DNA of 64,000 bases from Fibrobacterales bacterium (GTDB lineage Bacteria; Fibrobacterota; Fibrobacteria; Fibrobacterales; JAOPTW01). The DNA is taken from NCBI GenBank assembly GCA_051532055.1, contig JAOPTX010000012.1:1-64000 (forward strand). The letters run 5' to 3'. The translations under genes were made by a program, and so were the position numbers. Under the pieces are notes generated by a model, which was not told where the DNA came from, ran no database searches, and saw only the letters and a program-made list of their open reading frames with translations. This document shows positions 40,301 to 52,100 of the stretch, piece by piece (position 1 is the stretch's first letter; the number at the start of each line of letters is the position of its first letter).

Positions 40301-40812
40301 TTGGACGTATATTCGCATCTCCAACCTCTGTTTTTAAAGACAATATTTTAAAACCAGAGACTCAGGATATGGAAGATTTCGCTGGCGGAGTTCTCTACAT
40401 TGCTGAAAGTCAAAAAACAGTTGCTGAGAACTATTTTAAAGATGGCTCTGTTGATGTTGCCTGTCCTCCCCTTAAAGCACTCCTGAACATTATGGTTAAA
40501 GGAAGCTATGAAGGCATGGACCTCCATTCACCAGAATTTAGAGCACTCTTTTCAAAAGAAGCACTCCTTTCATCCGATTGGTATGCTGCACGTCTGAAAC
40601 AAAAACAAGCTATTGATATTGCACATATGAAAAAAGCAATCACATATATTAAAAGCACTAAAACCAACTGCAAAGGTGGTGTCTGTAGTGTTGTTGATTA
40701 TGATGGTGAAATAGCAAAAGCACAAACTGAACTTGCTCGAGTCTCAACACCTGACTACCTTGCGAGCCTCAAAGGCACTATTGGCGCAGACCCGTTTTAT
40801 ACGGTAAAATAG
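37378..40812 (+). CDS. PPi-dependent phosphoenolpyruvate carboxykinase (PEP carboxytransphosphorylase) family
   Basis: 1144 aa; QGVLHNPRHDRRTTKGVFH, NLDFAESVFGNAG, IADNYFGYTKKEVKTQIS, EEEHAGGA, CHKPATVSGGGKSEISK, GKSPSTTGFGSEGALTK, GTIGADP. Confidence 0.88.
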   Translation: MNTKKNKTIDLKQYINFKLKIHNLPSFKNEEQDQSFQLLEKFIDSESQIIELLPDHHSPVDLRIQNFINETFADCGADLNLNLPMKSFELDQPGVARALSLPPDKDFFESHLVKSYRTLQGVLHNPRHDRRTTKGVFHVSEGGLPISEDKMTVPKATFAKILEIALQPPADSQCLPYTSTQDEQAETFVSLLLTPSVSPEIPGFQKNKMMEVRLFAPGGLVSNLDFAESVFGNAGNPYVPANDLGLNFEQFTGKTGCIILAPHLNMVTKKEVGLPTFDEATEKQRAQGMCWKEESELYNGGSAFKICFRDENGVMITIIADNYFGYTKKEVKTQISYATNMYGQSEEEHAGGALVFQRFNWGDTFSENTMLCERGAYPYEEFKKLYSYVCTFQEEGHGIDNTYPDIYYIPNDAVMSVSTLSIEWELYGQKQSIKLSPDITYMHPSGYKLNLEKHPKSDRWYIVGTVAEGVYCHKPATVSGGGKSEISKSISEIITYKSFFVQDLQKDLIEVEKLLDHEMYKNRFKDSEQNQGKKSRPILSDKRTLGSVIKLLTTSEDDYTEEYNEWLNSISTPIRNLVFTLKRFYRHSMKDDWKKYFQVDYHDGEPGHELRLYHKAVNSRYLRVGSDLNDTWQTFRLRQDFIPAFKLQKEDDITCSSVFDTSIVPGVNESLPKKPYKFTQNCERMLFQRPDEAVHKGVDLQTEDDFANTEFFACNYEPLDKDDAIEDIEDVIEFTKFSDNMKGVYESAAQMSEGEYFVSTTHPRLVNGAPTKNVRYLQHNPEIYYPQNKYLTNMSARLFRKLPMDKPVQTPVEAILIGRRNNNADKEAGIKALSVYNPLHYQELPELFMDYIASLSGKSPSTTGFGSEGALTKAPFNALQLIVDLNNTLVSNILTEDDTFSTAAGFIGSEIRVDHDITFLVPELWCRFSHKERKASYLIEKGFLEKIPDMEYEGKTIPSSILGYRITSKFVHEFFGRIFASPTSVFKDNILKPETQDMEDFAGGVLYIAESQKTVAENYFKDGSVDVACPPLKALLNIMVKGSYEGMDLHSPEFRALFSKEALLSSDWYAARLKQKQAIDIAHMKKAITYIKSTKTNCKGGVCSVVDYDGEIAKAQTELARVSTPDYLASLKGTIGADPFYTVK

Positions 40813-40830
40813 CACCATATTTTCCATATT

Positions 40831-40863
40831 AAGCGTTCTATCAATTGATAGAACGCTTTTTTT
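40831..40863 (+). terminator. Intrinsic terminator
   Basis: Perfect 28-bp palindrome AAGCGTTCTATCAATTGATAGAACGCTT followed by a T-run. Confidence 0.85.
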
Positions 40864-40970
40864 ATTTTTGCTTCCCTGATAAAAAGCTCTTTACCTTACT
40901 CCATTTCTAATTTTATTTCCTCTTATCACCTATTTTTCTACATTTCATGCAAATTCCCAATGGATGATTC

Positions 40971-42218
40971 ATGAAGAAATTTGAACTTTTTCTCGCCTGG
41001 CGCTACTTAGGGGCTCAGCGAAAAAACCTCTTTGTCTCCCTAATATCTCTCTTTTCAATGCTGGGAGTTTGCATTGGAACCTTTGCTCTTATTGTTGCCC
41101 TAGCGGTTGCCAATGGATTTGAGTACGAAGTCACGAAGCAAATGATCGGAAAAGATGCTCATTTTGAAGTACTGAGTTATCACAATGCTCCCGTTTCCAA
41201 TATTGACTCTATAGCTGCCATTGTCAAACAAGACCCCCATGTTGTTGCTGTCGCCCCTTTTATTGCAACGAAGGCCGGCATATCATCGAAAAAAGTCAAT
41301 GATGCAATTGTAATATTTGGCATTGACACTGAACTTTCTGGAAAGGTTTCTGGCCTTTCTAATCAGATAAAGTTTGGCGCCTACTCCCTTGATACTGCTT
41401 CTACCAAAAACGGACGACGTCTTCCAGGAATTATTTTAGGGTCGGTATTAGCCGATCAAATGCGCCTCTATCTTGGAGACAAAGTAGTGCTACAAACATT
41501 TCAATCTCCTGAAGGACTTGATATGGGTGCTCTTACTCCAAAGATGAAACAATTTATTGTAACGGGGGTATTCGAAACAGGTATGTATGAATATGATGGA
41601 CAGCTTGCCTATATTTCTATCTCCGCTGCACAACATTTTTTACAACTCGGCGATCAAGTGTCGGGTCTACAAGTAAAAACTGACAATGAGCAACAGAGTA
41701 AAATATACGCTGAAACTGCCAAAAAAGCACTGGGCTACCCTTTTTACACTGTTGATTGGCAAACAAAAAACAAGACCCTTATAAAGTGGATGGCTACTGA
41801 AAAGGTTATGATTACCGCAGTCCTCTGCCTTATCATTCTCGTTGCCGCATTTAACATAATCAGCTCACTCATTATGCTCGTATTAGAGAAAACACGAGAA
41901 ATCGGCATTTTAAGAGCAATGGGAACCTCAAAATTTTCCATAATGAAGATATTTGTTATCACTGGAACACTCATTGGTTTTGTTGGTTCTATTTTAGGAA
42001 CCTCTATAGCCCTTTTCTTTTGCTATGGCCAAATGAATTACAGCTGGATTACCTTACCCCCTGATGTCTATATGATTTCAAAACTCCCTGTACGGGTGAT
42101 GGCTTCTGATGTCATCATCATCTTCATTATTGGCAATCTTCTCTGTATGTTTGCTACAATTCTTCCCGCATGGAAAGCATCGAAACTTGACCCTGTAGGA
42201 GCCATTCGCCATGACTAG
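40971..42218 (+). CDS. Lipoprotein-releasing ABC transporter permease (LolC/E family)
   Basis: LAWRYL, ISLFSMLGVCIG, NGFE, FETGMYEYD, LVAAFNIISSL, EKTREIGILRAMG, PAWKASKLDP. Confidence 0.93.
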   Translation: MKKFELFLAWRYLGAQRKNLFVSLISLFSMLGVCIGTFALIVALAVANGFEYEVTKQMIGKDAHFEVLSYHNAPVSNIDSIAAIVKQDPHVVAVAPFIATKAGISSKKVNDAIVIFGIDTELSGKVSGLSNQIKFGAYSLDTASTKNGRRLPGIILGSVLADQMRLYLGDKVVLQTFQSPEGLDMGALTPKMKQFIVTGVFETGMYEYDGQLAYISISAAQHFLQLGDQVSGLQVKTDNEQQSKIYAETAKKALGYPFYTVDWQTKNKTLIKWMATEKVMITAVLCLIILVAAFNIISSLIMLVLEKTREIGILRAMGTSKFSIMKIFVITGTLIGFVGSILGTSIALFFCYGQMNYSWITLPPDVYMISKLPVRVMASDVIIIFIIGNLLCMFATILPAWKASKLDPVGAIRHD

Positions 42219-42891
42219 TCGCCTCATAGAAAGCCATAATATCCATAAAACTTTTGAAGATACCGGTGAAACTCTCCATGTGTTGAAAGGTATCAATTTT
42301 CACGCAGATTCTAACGAAGTAGTCTCTATTACCGGGGCGTCTGGCTGTGGTAAAAGTACTTTTCTTCACCTTCTTGGTGGTCTTGACAAACCAACTTCGG
42401 GTTCCATAGACTTTCAAGGACGTGATATTAGTACTTATAGCGATAAAGAAGTTGATAGGTATCGCCAAAGTAATGTGGGGTTTGTATTTCAATTCCATCA
42501 CCTACTTCCAGAATTTAACACTCTTGAAAATGTACTCATGCCTGCAAGCATTAAATATGGTTCACATCGCAAGCAAGATAAGGAAAAAGCCATAGAGTTA
42601 CTTGACTTTATGGGCCTCGGCAAACGCCTTAAACACATTCCTGCAGAGCTTTCGGGTGGCGAAAAGCAGCGGGCAGCTATTGCACGAGCACTTATCAATG
42701 ATCCAGACCTCATTCTAGCTGATGAACCATCGGGAAACCTTGACCAGAAAAACTCTCGACTGCTTCATGAAATGTTTATGAAAATCAATGAAGAGTACCA
42801 GAAGGCATTCATTATTGTCACTCACGAGAAAGAGTTTGCACGCATAGCCCATCGCGAAGTTAACTTCACAACTGGCCATGTTGAGGAATAA
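42211..42891 (+). CDS. lolD: Lipoprotein-releasing ABC transporter ATP-binding protein
   Basis: GASGCGKST, GFVFQFHHLLPEF (LolD motif), LSGGEKQR, ADEPSGNLD. Confidence 0.93.
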   Translation: MTSRLIESHNIHKTFEDTGETLHVLKGINFHADSNEVVSITGASGCGKSTFLHLLGGLDKPTSGSIDFQGRDISTYSDKEVDRYRQSNVGFVFQFHHLLPEFNTLENVLMPASIKYGSHRKQDKEKAIELLDFMGLGKRLKHIPAELSGGEKQRAAIARALINDPDLILADEPSGNLDQKNSRLLHEMFMKINEEYQKAFIIVTHEKEFARIAHREVNFTTGHVEE

Positions 42892-43103
42892 CAAGCGCTT
42901 ACATATTTCAATCCAATAAAACGCTTACGTTTAGTAAGCTTATACTTCTCTCGCTCATGTAAAATAAATGTAAACTTAAGTACTATTCCTCTGTATTAAC
43001 TAAATTTGAGAGCTTAAGGGCGGATTAATATTATAAAGAGGGTTTCTCTCTCTTTTACTTTCATTTTGTAGGATGCTGCCCGGTTTTTAACGTTAGAGGG
43101 TTT

Positions 43104-46100
43104 ATGCATACTTTTAAAAAATTATTGCTTCTTTCAATTTTTGTAGCAATTCTATATCCACTAAATGCTTTTGGTCAAGATATTGCGCAGGGGAAAACGT
43201 ATTCTAGTTCACCATTAGAAAATAGTACCTATGCTGCAGCAAAAGCATTTGATGGAGATAACTCTAGTGAACCATCTCGCTGGGCTAGTGAACACAGCGC
43301 AGACCCTCAATGGATCATGGTTGATCTCGAAAGTATCTTCCAAATATCTGACATAACCATCTATTGGGAAGATGCCTATGCTGTCGACTATAGAGTTGAA
43401 GTGTCATTAGATAATATTACCTGGATAGTTATTGATGACTTAATAAACCAAAATGGGGGCCAAGATGCTTTTACCTTAAGTGAGTATGCGCAATATGTAA
43501 GAGTCTACTGCACGAAACGGTATACCTTTCCATTTGGTACGTTTGGATACTCAATATACACTCTTGAAGTTCAAGGTATTGCTGCCACTACAACTATACT
43601 CACTGCTACTGCAGGCGGGACAGTGACACCAACAAACGATATAATACTTGCCCAAGGTGCCAACAGTGGTATTACCGCGACTCCACAACTAGGCTACACC
43701 TTTAAACAATGGAATACTATATCAGGGACTCCTGATGTTGCATCTACTACTCAAACATCAACAACGATTACACCACAATCTGATTCAGAGATCGAAGCAG
43801 AATTTTTCCCTCATTGGGAATACACCCTCAGTGCATCAACTGGTGGGTCGATCGTACTTCCTACATCAGGAACAGTTGAGCAAGGAGATTCAACAACAAT
43901 TACAGCACAAGCAAATCCTGGATACTATTTTGTCGATTGGGAAGTTCTTACTGGCGCTGCAACCTTCGGATCAGTGACTACACTCAGTACATCGATCACC
44001 CCTAGCATAGACTGTACAGTTAGAGCCAACTTTTTAAAATTCGATGTAGTAACCATACAACCAGGGGTTGGCGGGACAACGCTGCCACTGAACACGATTT
44101 CAATAAAACAAGGTGAACCTGATACCATAACAGCAACAAGCGATACTGGTTATTACTTTTCTCATTGGGTAACTGTTTCTGGAGCTATTACCTATTCTGA
44201 TAGCCTAGTGAATGCCCCAATTATCAGACCTACTGGCGATGCGACAATACAACCAGTATTTAAAGTAGCCAGCACTCTCTCTCTCACTTCTGTGGGTAAC
44301 GGCACGCTCAATATAGCACAACAAGCGAATCTAAAACCTTCTGATCTTACACCCATTGTAGCAACACCAGCTACTGATTATTCATTTAGCCACTGGAGTG
44401 TTGATAGCGGTACCGTCCACATCACTGACACTCAGGCAGCAAGTACCACTGTCTCAATAGATGATAATGCCCACCTCATTGCACACTTTGTGCTTAACCA
44501 ATGGAAGTTCACCCTCAATTCAAATGGCGGGGGAACGGTAAATCCTGCAGGACAATCTCTATTAGATGCGGGAAGTTTTCACTCAATTGACGCGACTCCC
44601 GATCCATTATACTCCTTCTGGGGCTGGCAGATAGATTCAGGAAATGCCACCTTCCAAAATCTTATCGGCAACAGTTCAAATGGAGTGCAACTACACGACA
44701 GTACACTCATCACTGCTCTATTCGCACAGCAAAAAAACCTTACTATTCTCACAGATGGCAATGGCACTGTTGGAACAGGATCAATAGTTGCAGATAGTGC
44801 AAGTAGCGTACCTATTACAGCACACTCTACCACTCATGGCTACATTTTCTCTCACTGGACTGTTGATACTACTTCTCTCACTGTGGACGATAGAACCGAT
44901 AGTATCTCGACGGTAATCGTAGAGAGCGATGGAATTATTACTGCTCACTTTTCTCCCGTATATGCTATCTACATGAATGCAGGAGCTGGAGGAACAGTAG
45001 TTTCAGACTCACTCTACCCGACAATTGCCGGCACTCCTTACTCTATAAGCGCTACAGCATTAAGTAACCATTATTTTTCTCACTGGGCCCTCAACAGTGG
45101 TACCGCAGTTATTGCAAATAGCACCCTTGCAACAACATCAGTTACTATAGACAACGCCAACCCAAGTAATGTATCGGTTACGGCAAACTTTGTACCGGCT
45201 GTCACGTTAACAGTTAATGCCTCTGCAAATGGATCTATTGTTTCTCCAAGTGGTGGGACAATCAACAATATTAACCCACTCTCAAACAACCAAGTTATTA
45301 CTGCACAGAGCAACAGCTATTTTGAATTTTCCCGCTGGGAAGTTATTTCTGGCACCGCAACTATCACTAATGCAAACGCTATCAACACTACTATATCCAT
45401 TACAACTGATGTTGAACTACTTGCTCATTTTACCCCAAGAATGTATAATGCTGACATTGTATCGAGAATCGGTGGAACGGTAACCCCTGCTGGCATCCAC
45501 AGCCTACAAGAACAATTAGGTGATACTACAATTACTGCACAACCTGATAGTGGATACATTTTTAAAGAATGGATTGGTACAAATGGTTCACATATTTCTC
45601 AGCCTAATGCTGCAACAACAACACTGTACATAACAAATAATACAACGGTCACAGCAACCTATGAACCTTTTTACAAAGTAGCCATAGAAGTTGATTCAAA
45701 TGGTACTACCTCTGATACTCTTATAGAAAACCTTTTGACCAGTAAGGATTCTCTTATTGTTGCAACTCCTGATAGTAGTTATCAGTTTTCACATTGGTCC
45801 GTCGATAGTGGTAGTGTTGTAATAGCAGATATATATAACAGCACTACACGAGTTCAACTCAATTCCGATGGTGGTATCACTGCTCATTTTGTAAAAGAGT
45901 ATACCCTCACCGTAGATTCATCTTCTATTGGCCTGATTAAAGACCATAATAGTATAGATGTAGACACATTGGTCGTTGGTGAAAATGTTGTTTTTAATCT
46001 TTATGCCAATGCCCTACCTCGCTTTATATTCGAAAACTGGGAAGTAATCTATGGCTCAGTTACCATAAGTGACTCAACTCAGCTTAACCCAAGCTTCTCA

Positions 46101-49100
46101 CTTCAAAGTGATGCAGAAATTGCACTCTCTTTTAGAAAGAAGGGCCTCTATGAAATCACAGCGTTTGACTCGACCTATACCTTTAACATACACGGCGACA
46201 CCAATACTCAAGAAGCTTTTGATGGGGTCTATTTTTACCTTGAAGGCACCGGTAATCCTGCTCGTATCATTATAGAAGAAGCTACCGGGTTATGGAATAA
46301 ACGACTTGTTTATTATGGTACTGATTCCACGTTCTCTCTTCCTGTAAGCCAGTCAGGGTTTGTTGCAGGTAACTACACTGAAGAATTTACCCAGTTAAAT
46401 ACTGGGTATCGATACTACTATAAAGTTGTTCCACAAAATATTGCTGATGTAGATAAGGATTTCACTATTCGCTACCAGCAAGGTGGAAGTCTGCTTATAC
46501 TTTCACAGTATGGCACCGTTCATCCCGTAAATGCTTTCACCATGTACCCTGGCGAATCTCAACAACTTATAGTCAACGCAAATGATGGTTTTGACTTTAC
46601 CCATTGGGAAGTCGCTAATGGAGCTATCCGCTACATTAACGGATCTTCAACAACTACTGACGTTACAATTCAAGCCGACACATTGCCCGTTATTTTAAAG
46701 GCACACTATACCCTAGAACCAGGCGCCATTCCAACGTTAACTATTGGAAAACCAGATATTAGTGACCACCCAACTATCTGTGTATCTGCTCAGGTAAAAG
46801 ACACAACGAATAACTTTTACTTTACCGGACTTGATACTTCTAATTTTACTGTATGGCAAGATCATAATACAAGCCCTCCCTTAGTTGAACAAAATAACAT
46901 TGTCAGACCAATACACGTCACTGCAGAGCTAATGGGTATTAATGTATCACTCGTCGTTGACGAAAGTGGTTCAATGAGTACAGGCGATAGAATTGGGGCA
47001 GCAAAAGATGCCATATATGATTTTATACATGGGATGCAACCCTATGATCAAACGGGCATAGTGGGTTTTTATGGAGGCTCCTCTGTAACAACTCACTCAA
47101 CTATGACATCAGATACAAATACCTTAAAAACTGCTACCAGCAGACTTCGAGCATATGGCGGTTCTACCGACATTAAAGACGGTGCCTTTGGTGGTTTAGA
47201 GAATATCAAAAATGAAGTTGGCCCCAAAACATTAATTGTTTTTAGTGATGGACAAGATTCAAGAACTGCAAATGCTCATACCATGGCTGAAATTTTAGAT
47301 ACTGCCCTAAAATATGATATTACTGTCTATGCAATTGGACTAGAGAACAGCATGAACTCAGAATGGAATACAGTAGCTACACAAACCGGAGGAGAGGTCT
47401 GGAACAATAGACCTAAAAGTCAACTTTCACTCCTCTATCAAGCAATTAGAAACAAAGTCTTAGCCCAATACAAAATCTGTTACGAGTCACCTGACAAAGT
47501 ATTTAATGGAGATACTAACGATGTCGCTATTGAAGTAGATATCTTTGCTAATACCTCAAGGGATACAACATGGTGGGACGAAACAAACGAACCTCCTGTT
47601 GTCGTACTTACCGACTCTACCGCTGTACTCTCTGGCCGCAACAACACAATCTTTCAAGCAATCCCTATAGAGGCTGTCGTAACTGATGATGGTATCATTG
47701 CACATGTTGATCTCTATTACCGAGAAACAGGCAATGGCACCTATAGTTCAATCCCAATGCACCGTACCAGTGGCGACACATTCAGAACTGTAATACCTTC
47801 AAATTCAGTCATAAGACCTGGAGTAGATTACTATATAATGGCTCGCGACAGCTATAATCTCAATGGTAAATCTCCCAAAGTACAATACCCATGGGCGACC
47901 CCTCACCAACTGTGGGTTGACAATAGTGGACCAACCATTGAAATAAATGATATTGGCTGTTACCTACAAGGAGCTACCTCTATTACCATCTCAGGTAAAA
48001 CATGGGATGCAGATGATATTGGCAAAGTAGAGATACATTACAAATATCTTGGTGACCCATTCTACATGGTAGATAGCCTCAACTGGATGACCAGTGATTC
48101 GAGTTTTAGTACAACGCTCTCCACTCTTAATAAAGACAGCCTTGTCTATTATGTATCAAGTGAAGACACCTATGGACTGACGAGTCGTTATCCTGATACA
48201 ACAGTTTTGATTGCCTATCAATGCCTTGACATTGACACCACTCAGGCTCTCCTACTCCCTTCACTTGTAGAAAGTGATACGCTGTTTGATGATACTACTT
48301 GGGTTTCTCTCCGTTCTGAAAGCGATACGCTCTATAGTGGCATCGAAATATATTATACTACTGACACCAATCAAACTCTCAACTACAGCTCGCCTCATGT
48401 AATCAGTGGTGATTCGATATTTATCGATTCAACAACCACCGTTACCATGATCGCAACTTATAATGGTTCGAAAAGTGATACAACCACTAAAACTTTTTAT
48501 AAAAGAGTTCCCCTACTCCCACCATGGTTTGTCAAAGCAAATGATACACAATTTCCTGACTCAATGTTTGCCGATACACTCAAACTCATTGTCAAATCAA
48601 ATGATAGTCTGGTTCCTGGAATGAGCATATGGTATAGTACTGATACCAGTGCATCGAGAACTTATACGAGTATTGCCCATAATGATACTCTGATCATTAG
48701 TGATACGACTCGGTTTGTTCTCTATGAAACGGCACCTCATTCATACAATAGTGACACTGCTTATTACAACTATTATTCTGCTGCCGCATCGCCCGATCCT
48801 TATATGATCCTAGCCGGTGACACGATACAGGATACGGTCTTTTTCCAAGATAGCGTCTGCTTTACCTTACAAAATGGACTCGACAGTACCACTATTGGTG
48901 AATCAACCGTTCCAACTACCAACTTTCCCCATACAGTTAATGCAGGCGATACCTTATGTGTCAATAAGAATACTTCTCTATACGCCCAAGCGTATTCAAA
49001 AGGCTTTTCACAAAGTGGTATCGTTAACTGGAACTTAGTACATTATGAATTAGCACCTAAGCCTACAATCGTACCGTCCCAAAAACACTTTGAAACAGTG

Positions 49101-52100
49101 TGGCTCGATGTTACAATTACACATCCGGATAGTAACGCCCGTATATATTATACCCTTGATACAACACTAGCTCTTGCTGACAGCAACGGTATAGCTTACC
49201 ACCACTCGTCTACAGAACGTGACACGCTTAAAATAAGTGAGACAACTACTGTTACTGCTGTCGCCTATATAGAAGGAAGAAAGTATCTAATAAGCAATAT
49301 GGACAGACAAACGTTTCATAAGGACTCGCTCTATACTGATGTGCTGGTTACCGACACCACTGGAGACACTCTTGCCCTATGGAATAATGGTTCATTCATT
49401 ACCAACAAGCCACTCACGGAATTAAATAATCAATTTAATCTTGCCGCGAACACCAATATGCAACGCATTGATACAATTCAATGGCATTTCTCTTTCTCAG
49501 AATCTAAAGACTCATTGACACTCTTTAGTACTGATCCAACAATTTCCTACGAGACTATTGAATTCCTCAGCGGACCAAATCAAATCTATGTTAGAGAAGA
49601 GTTTATGAACAATCCGAATCTTCTCGAATCCAGAATATTTGATACCCTTAATATCTGGTACCAAAACCCGCATGTTCTTGATGATACCGTATCGATTTCA
49701 ATACCGGTCCGCCCATCGCCAAGACCTTCAAACGTTATTGTTTATGATAGTCCATCGAGAACAGAACCCGTCTCTGCCGTAGTTTCTAGTACTGATCTGC
49801 TCTATGTAACAGTCTTTGATCAACTCGGAAGTCGTGATTCGCTCTACGAAATAACCGTCACAACCAAACCCCATATTGTTTCTCAAGAGCCAGATACTCT
49901 TGTTGCAACCCTTATGCCACTCACTAAAACCTCGGACAAATACCGTCTCGAGCATGGTGAAGAGTATCACTCATCATTTAGATTGAATCTCCTCCAAGAT
50001 GTCTCACTTGATAGCGCACTTGATATACGCCCAGGAGACACCATCATGGTCACCTATAAAGACCCTATTGAAGGTGACTCTGTTTCGACCTATCTCATTT
50101 ATGATAGCGTTACCGAGAAACCTGGTGACATTACCATTATTGACAAAAACCTCGATACCCTCAGTAACGGTTCAGTTGTCAATGGGACCAATGATTCATT
50201 GACTATCATTTTATCAGATGACTATCTCTATAATCAGCAAATGACGACTCAAGCCATGGTTTATTCATATGATTCAATTGGAGGTTTTACAGATACTCTT
50301 TATATCGACCTTTCATTGGATCACGACAGTTTGAATTGGAGTGCACTACTGCCTCTCAACAATGCTCAATCTTCTGACCTTACAAACAGTACTATAGATT
50401 GGTATCAAAAAAGTAGCGTGACCGTTGCAATTCCAACCCATAATTCTAGGGGTATTGCTGAAGACACACTCTATCTCAACTATACAATCGCAATTCCAAA
50501 TCAAGTACCTGCCATTGTAATAGAAGATACACTGGAAACAAGAGACTCAATAATCCGTGATACAAGAGCTTTTACACTCAGTGTAACCGACCAAAGTTTC
50601 TCACGCTTCGTTGATACTTTAACTGCCTCGGTGAGCTGTGTGAATTTAGGCGACTTAGAAACGGGATATCTGTTAGTTGAAAGCGATACCACAAGTGGCC
50701 TCTACGAACTTGTGACCGCAATCACTAAAAATGAGCGTACACTCGTTCCAGAAAATGATTCTTTACAGTGTGCAATCAATGATATCGTCGAAGTTACCTA
50801 TAGAGACCCTATTTATGGTGATACAACTCGAGCGCACGCAGCATTTAGTGACAGCATAACTAATGCTCTCTTTTTTATGGATGACTCTATTAGTGCAATA
50901 GATACGCTCTATTCAGCCCTTGAGACCCTCGTACCTATCCGAGCTACTGCTTTGAGTCCATCGCTTGATGCAATTGATTCTGTTCTAGTATCGGTGACTA
51001 ATGACCACGGAGATACACTCCTCCTCTGGCTCTATGAAACAAATGCCTATTCAAGTATCTATACCGGAAGCGTACCTTTCGAGTTTACTACAGCACTCCA
51101 TAGTACGTTAGATAGTAGTATTACGGTTCCACTCAATTATGATTCAACTGGTAATAGTTCAATCGTGTCTGCTCAATTTGTTGAGGACCCGTTAGTAACC
51201 GCAAGATTCACGGCACTTTCTCTGTATAAAGTATTTACCAGTGCGACAATAGTAGATACTGACCGAAATGGCTATGCTGATGCGCTCTTCCTTGATTTTA
51301 GTGGCCCTGTTGCACTACTTCCCAAAGAATTGAATGAATTCTTCTGGAGTTTCAATGATACGATAGCACCATTCCCAATATCCAAAGAGAATATCTCTTA
51401 CAATCGTATTGATGACGTGATTGACTCAACACGTGTCATAGTCGATTTGAGTGACATTGAAATGGAATTACTCGAAACTGCTCTTTGTACACTTGCAACG
51501 CCACACGTTACCCTCCCACAGAGTAATTATTTTGGCGGGCGATCTCAAGACCTTATAGACAGTGTCTCACCTCGCATAATCTCAGTTCTTAAGGTACCGA
51601 GTGAAAAAAGCAGTGAGCATCAATTAAGTGGGAGTAAGGTTAAACCTGATATGTTTGAATTTACCTTTTCAGAAGCCATATACTTCGACTTAGCGCAAGC
51701 AGAGAGTGTTTGGATGCAACAATTCTCTTACAGCCCAGGCTGTAATGATCATACTACAGACCTCACTATTGAATCTGTTGTTGCAACTCATACAGAACGT
51801 AAGAGATGGATTGTCGAAATTGATGAAAACATTCCATTTACCCGCGGATGTATAACGGTCAACCCAGACTCACTACTTATTAACGACTCCCTCAATAATG
51901 TAATTGGTACTTCTCCAATAAGAATTACTGGTAAAGATCGTGGTAAACCAGCAAAAGTTAAAATGAAAAACCCCGTTGCCGGTGCTCCTGGTCCAGATGA
52001 AACCTATTTTGTTCCTGGTACTGATATTGAAGCAATTATTCCTGATACCCTTGCGGTACTCACTATCGTTGCGAAAGAACGCTATGTTGCCAAAGTGAAC

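Noticed and set aside
42895..42945. Short GCTTA(C) direct repeats after lolD
   Set aside because: Too short and irregularly spaced to distinguish from chance
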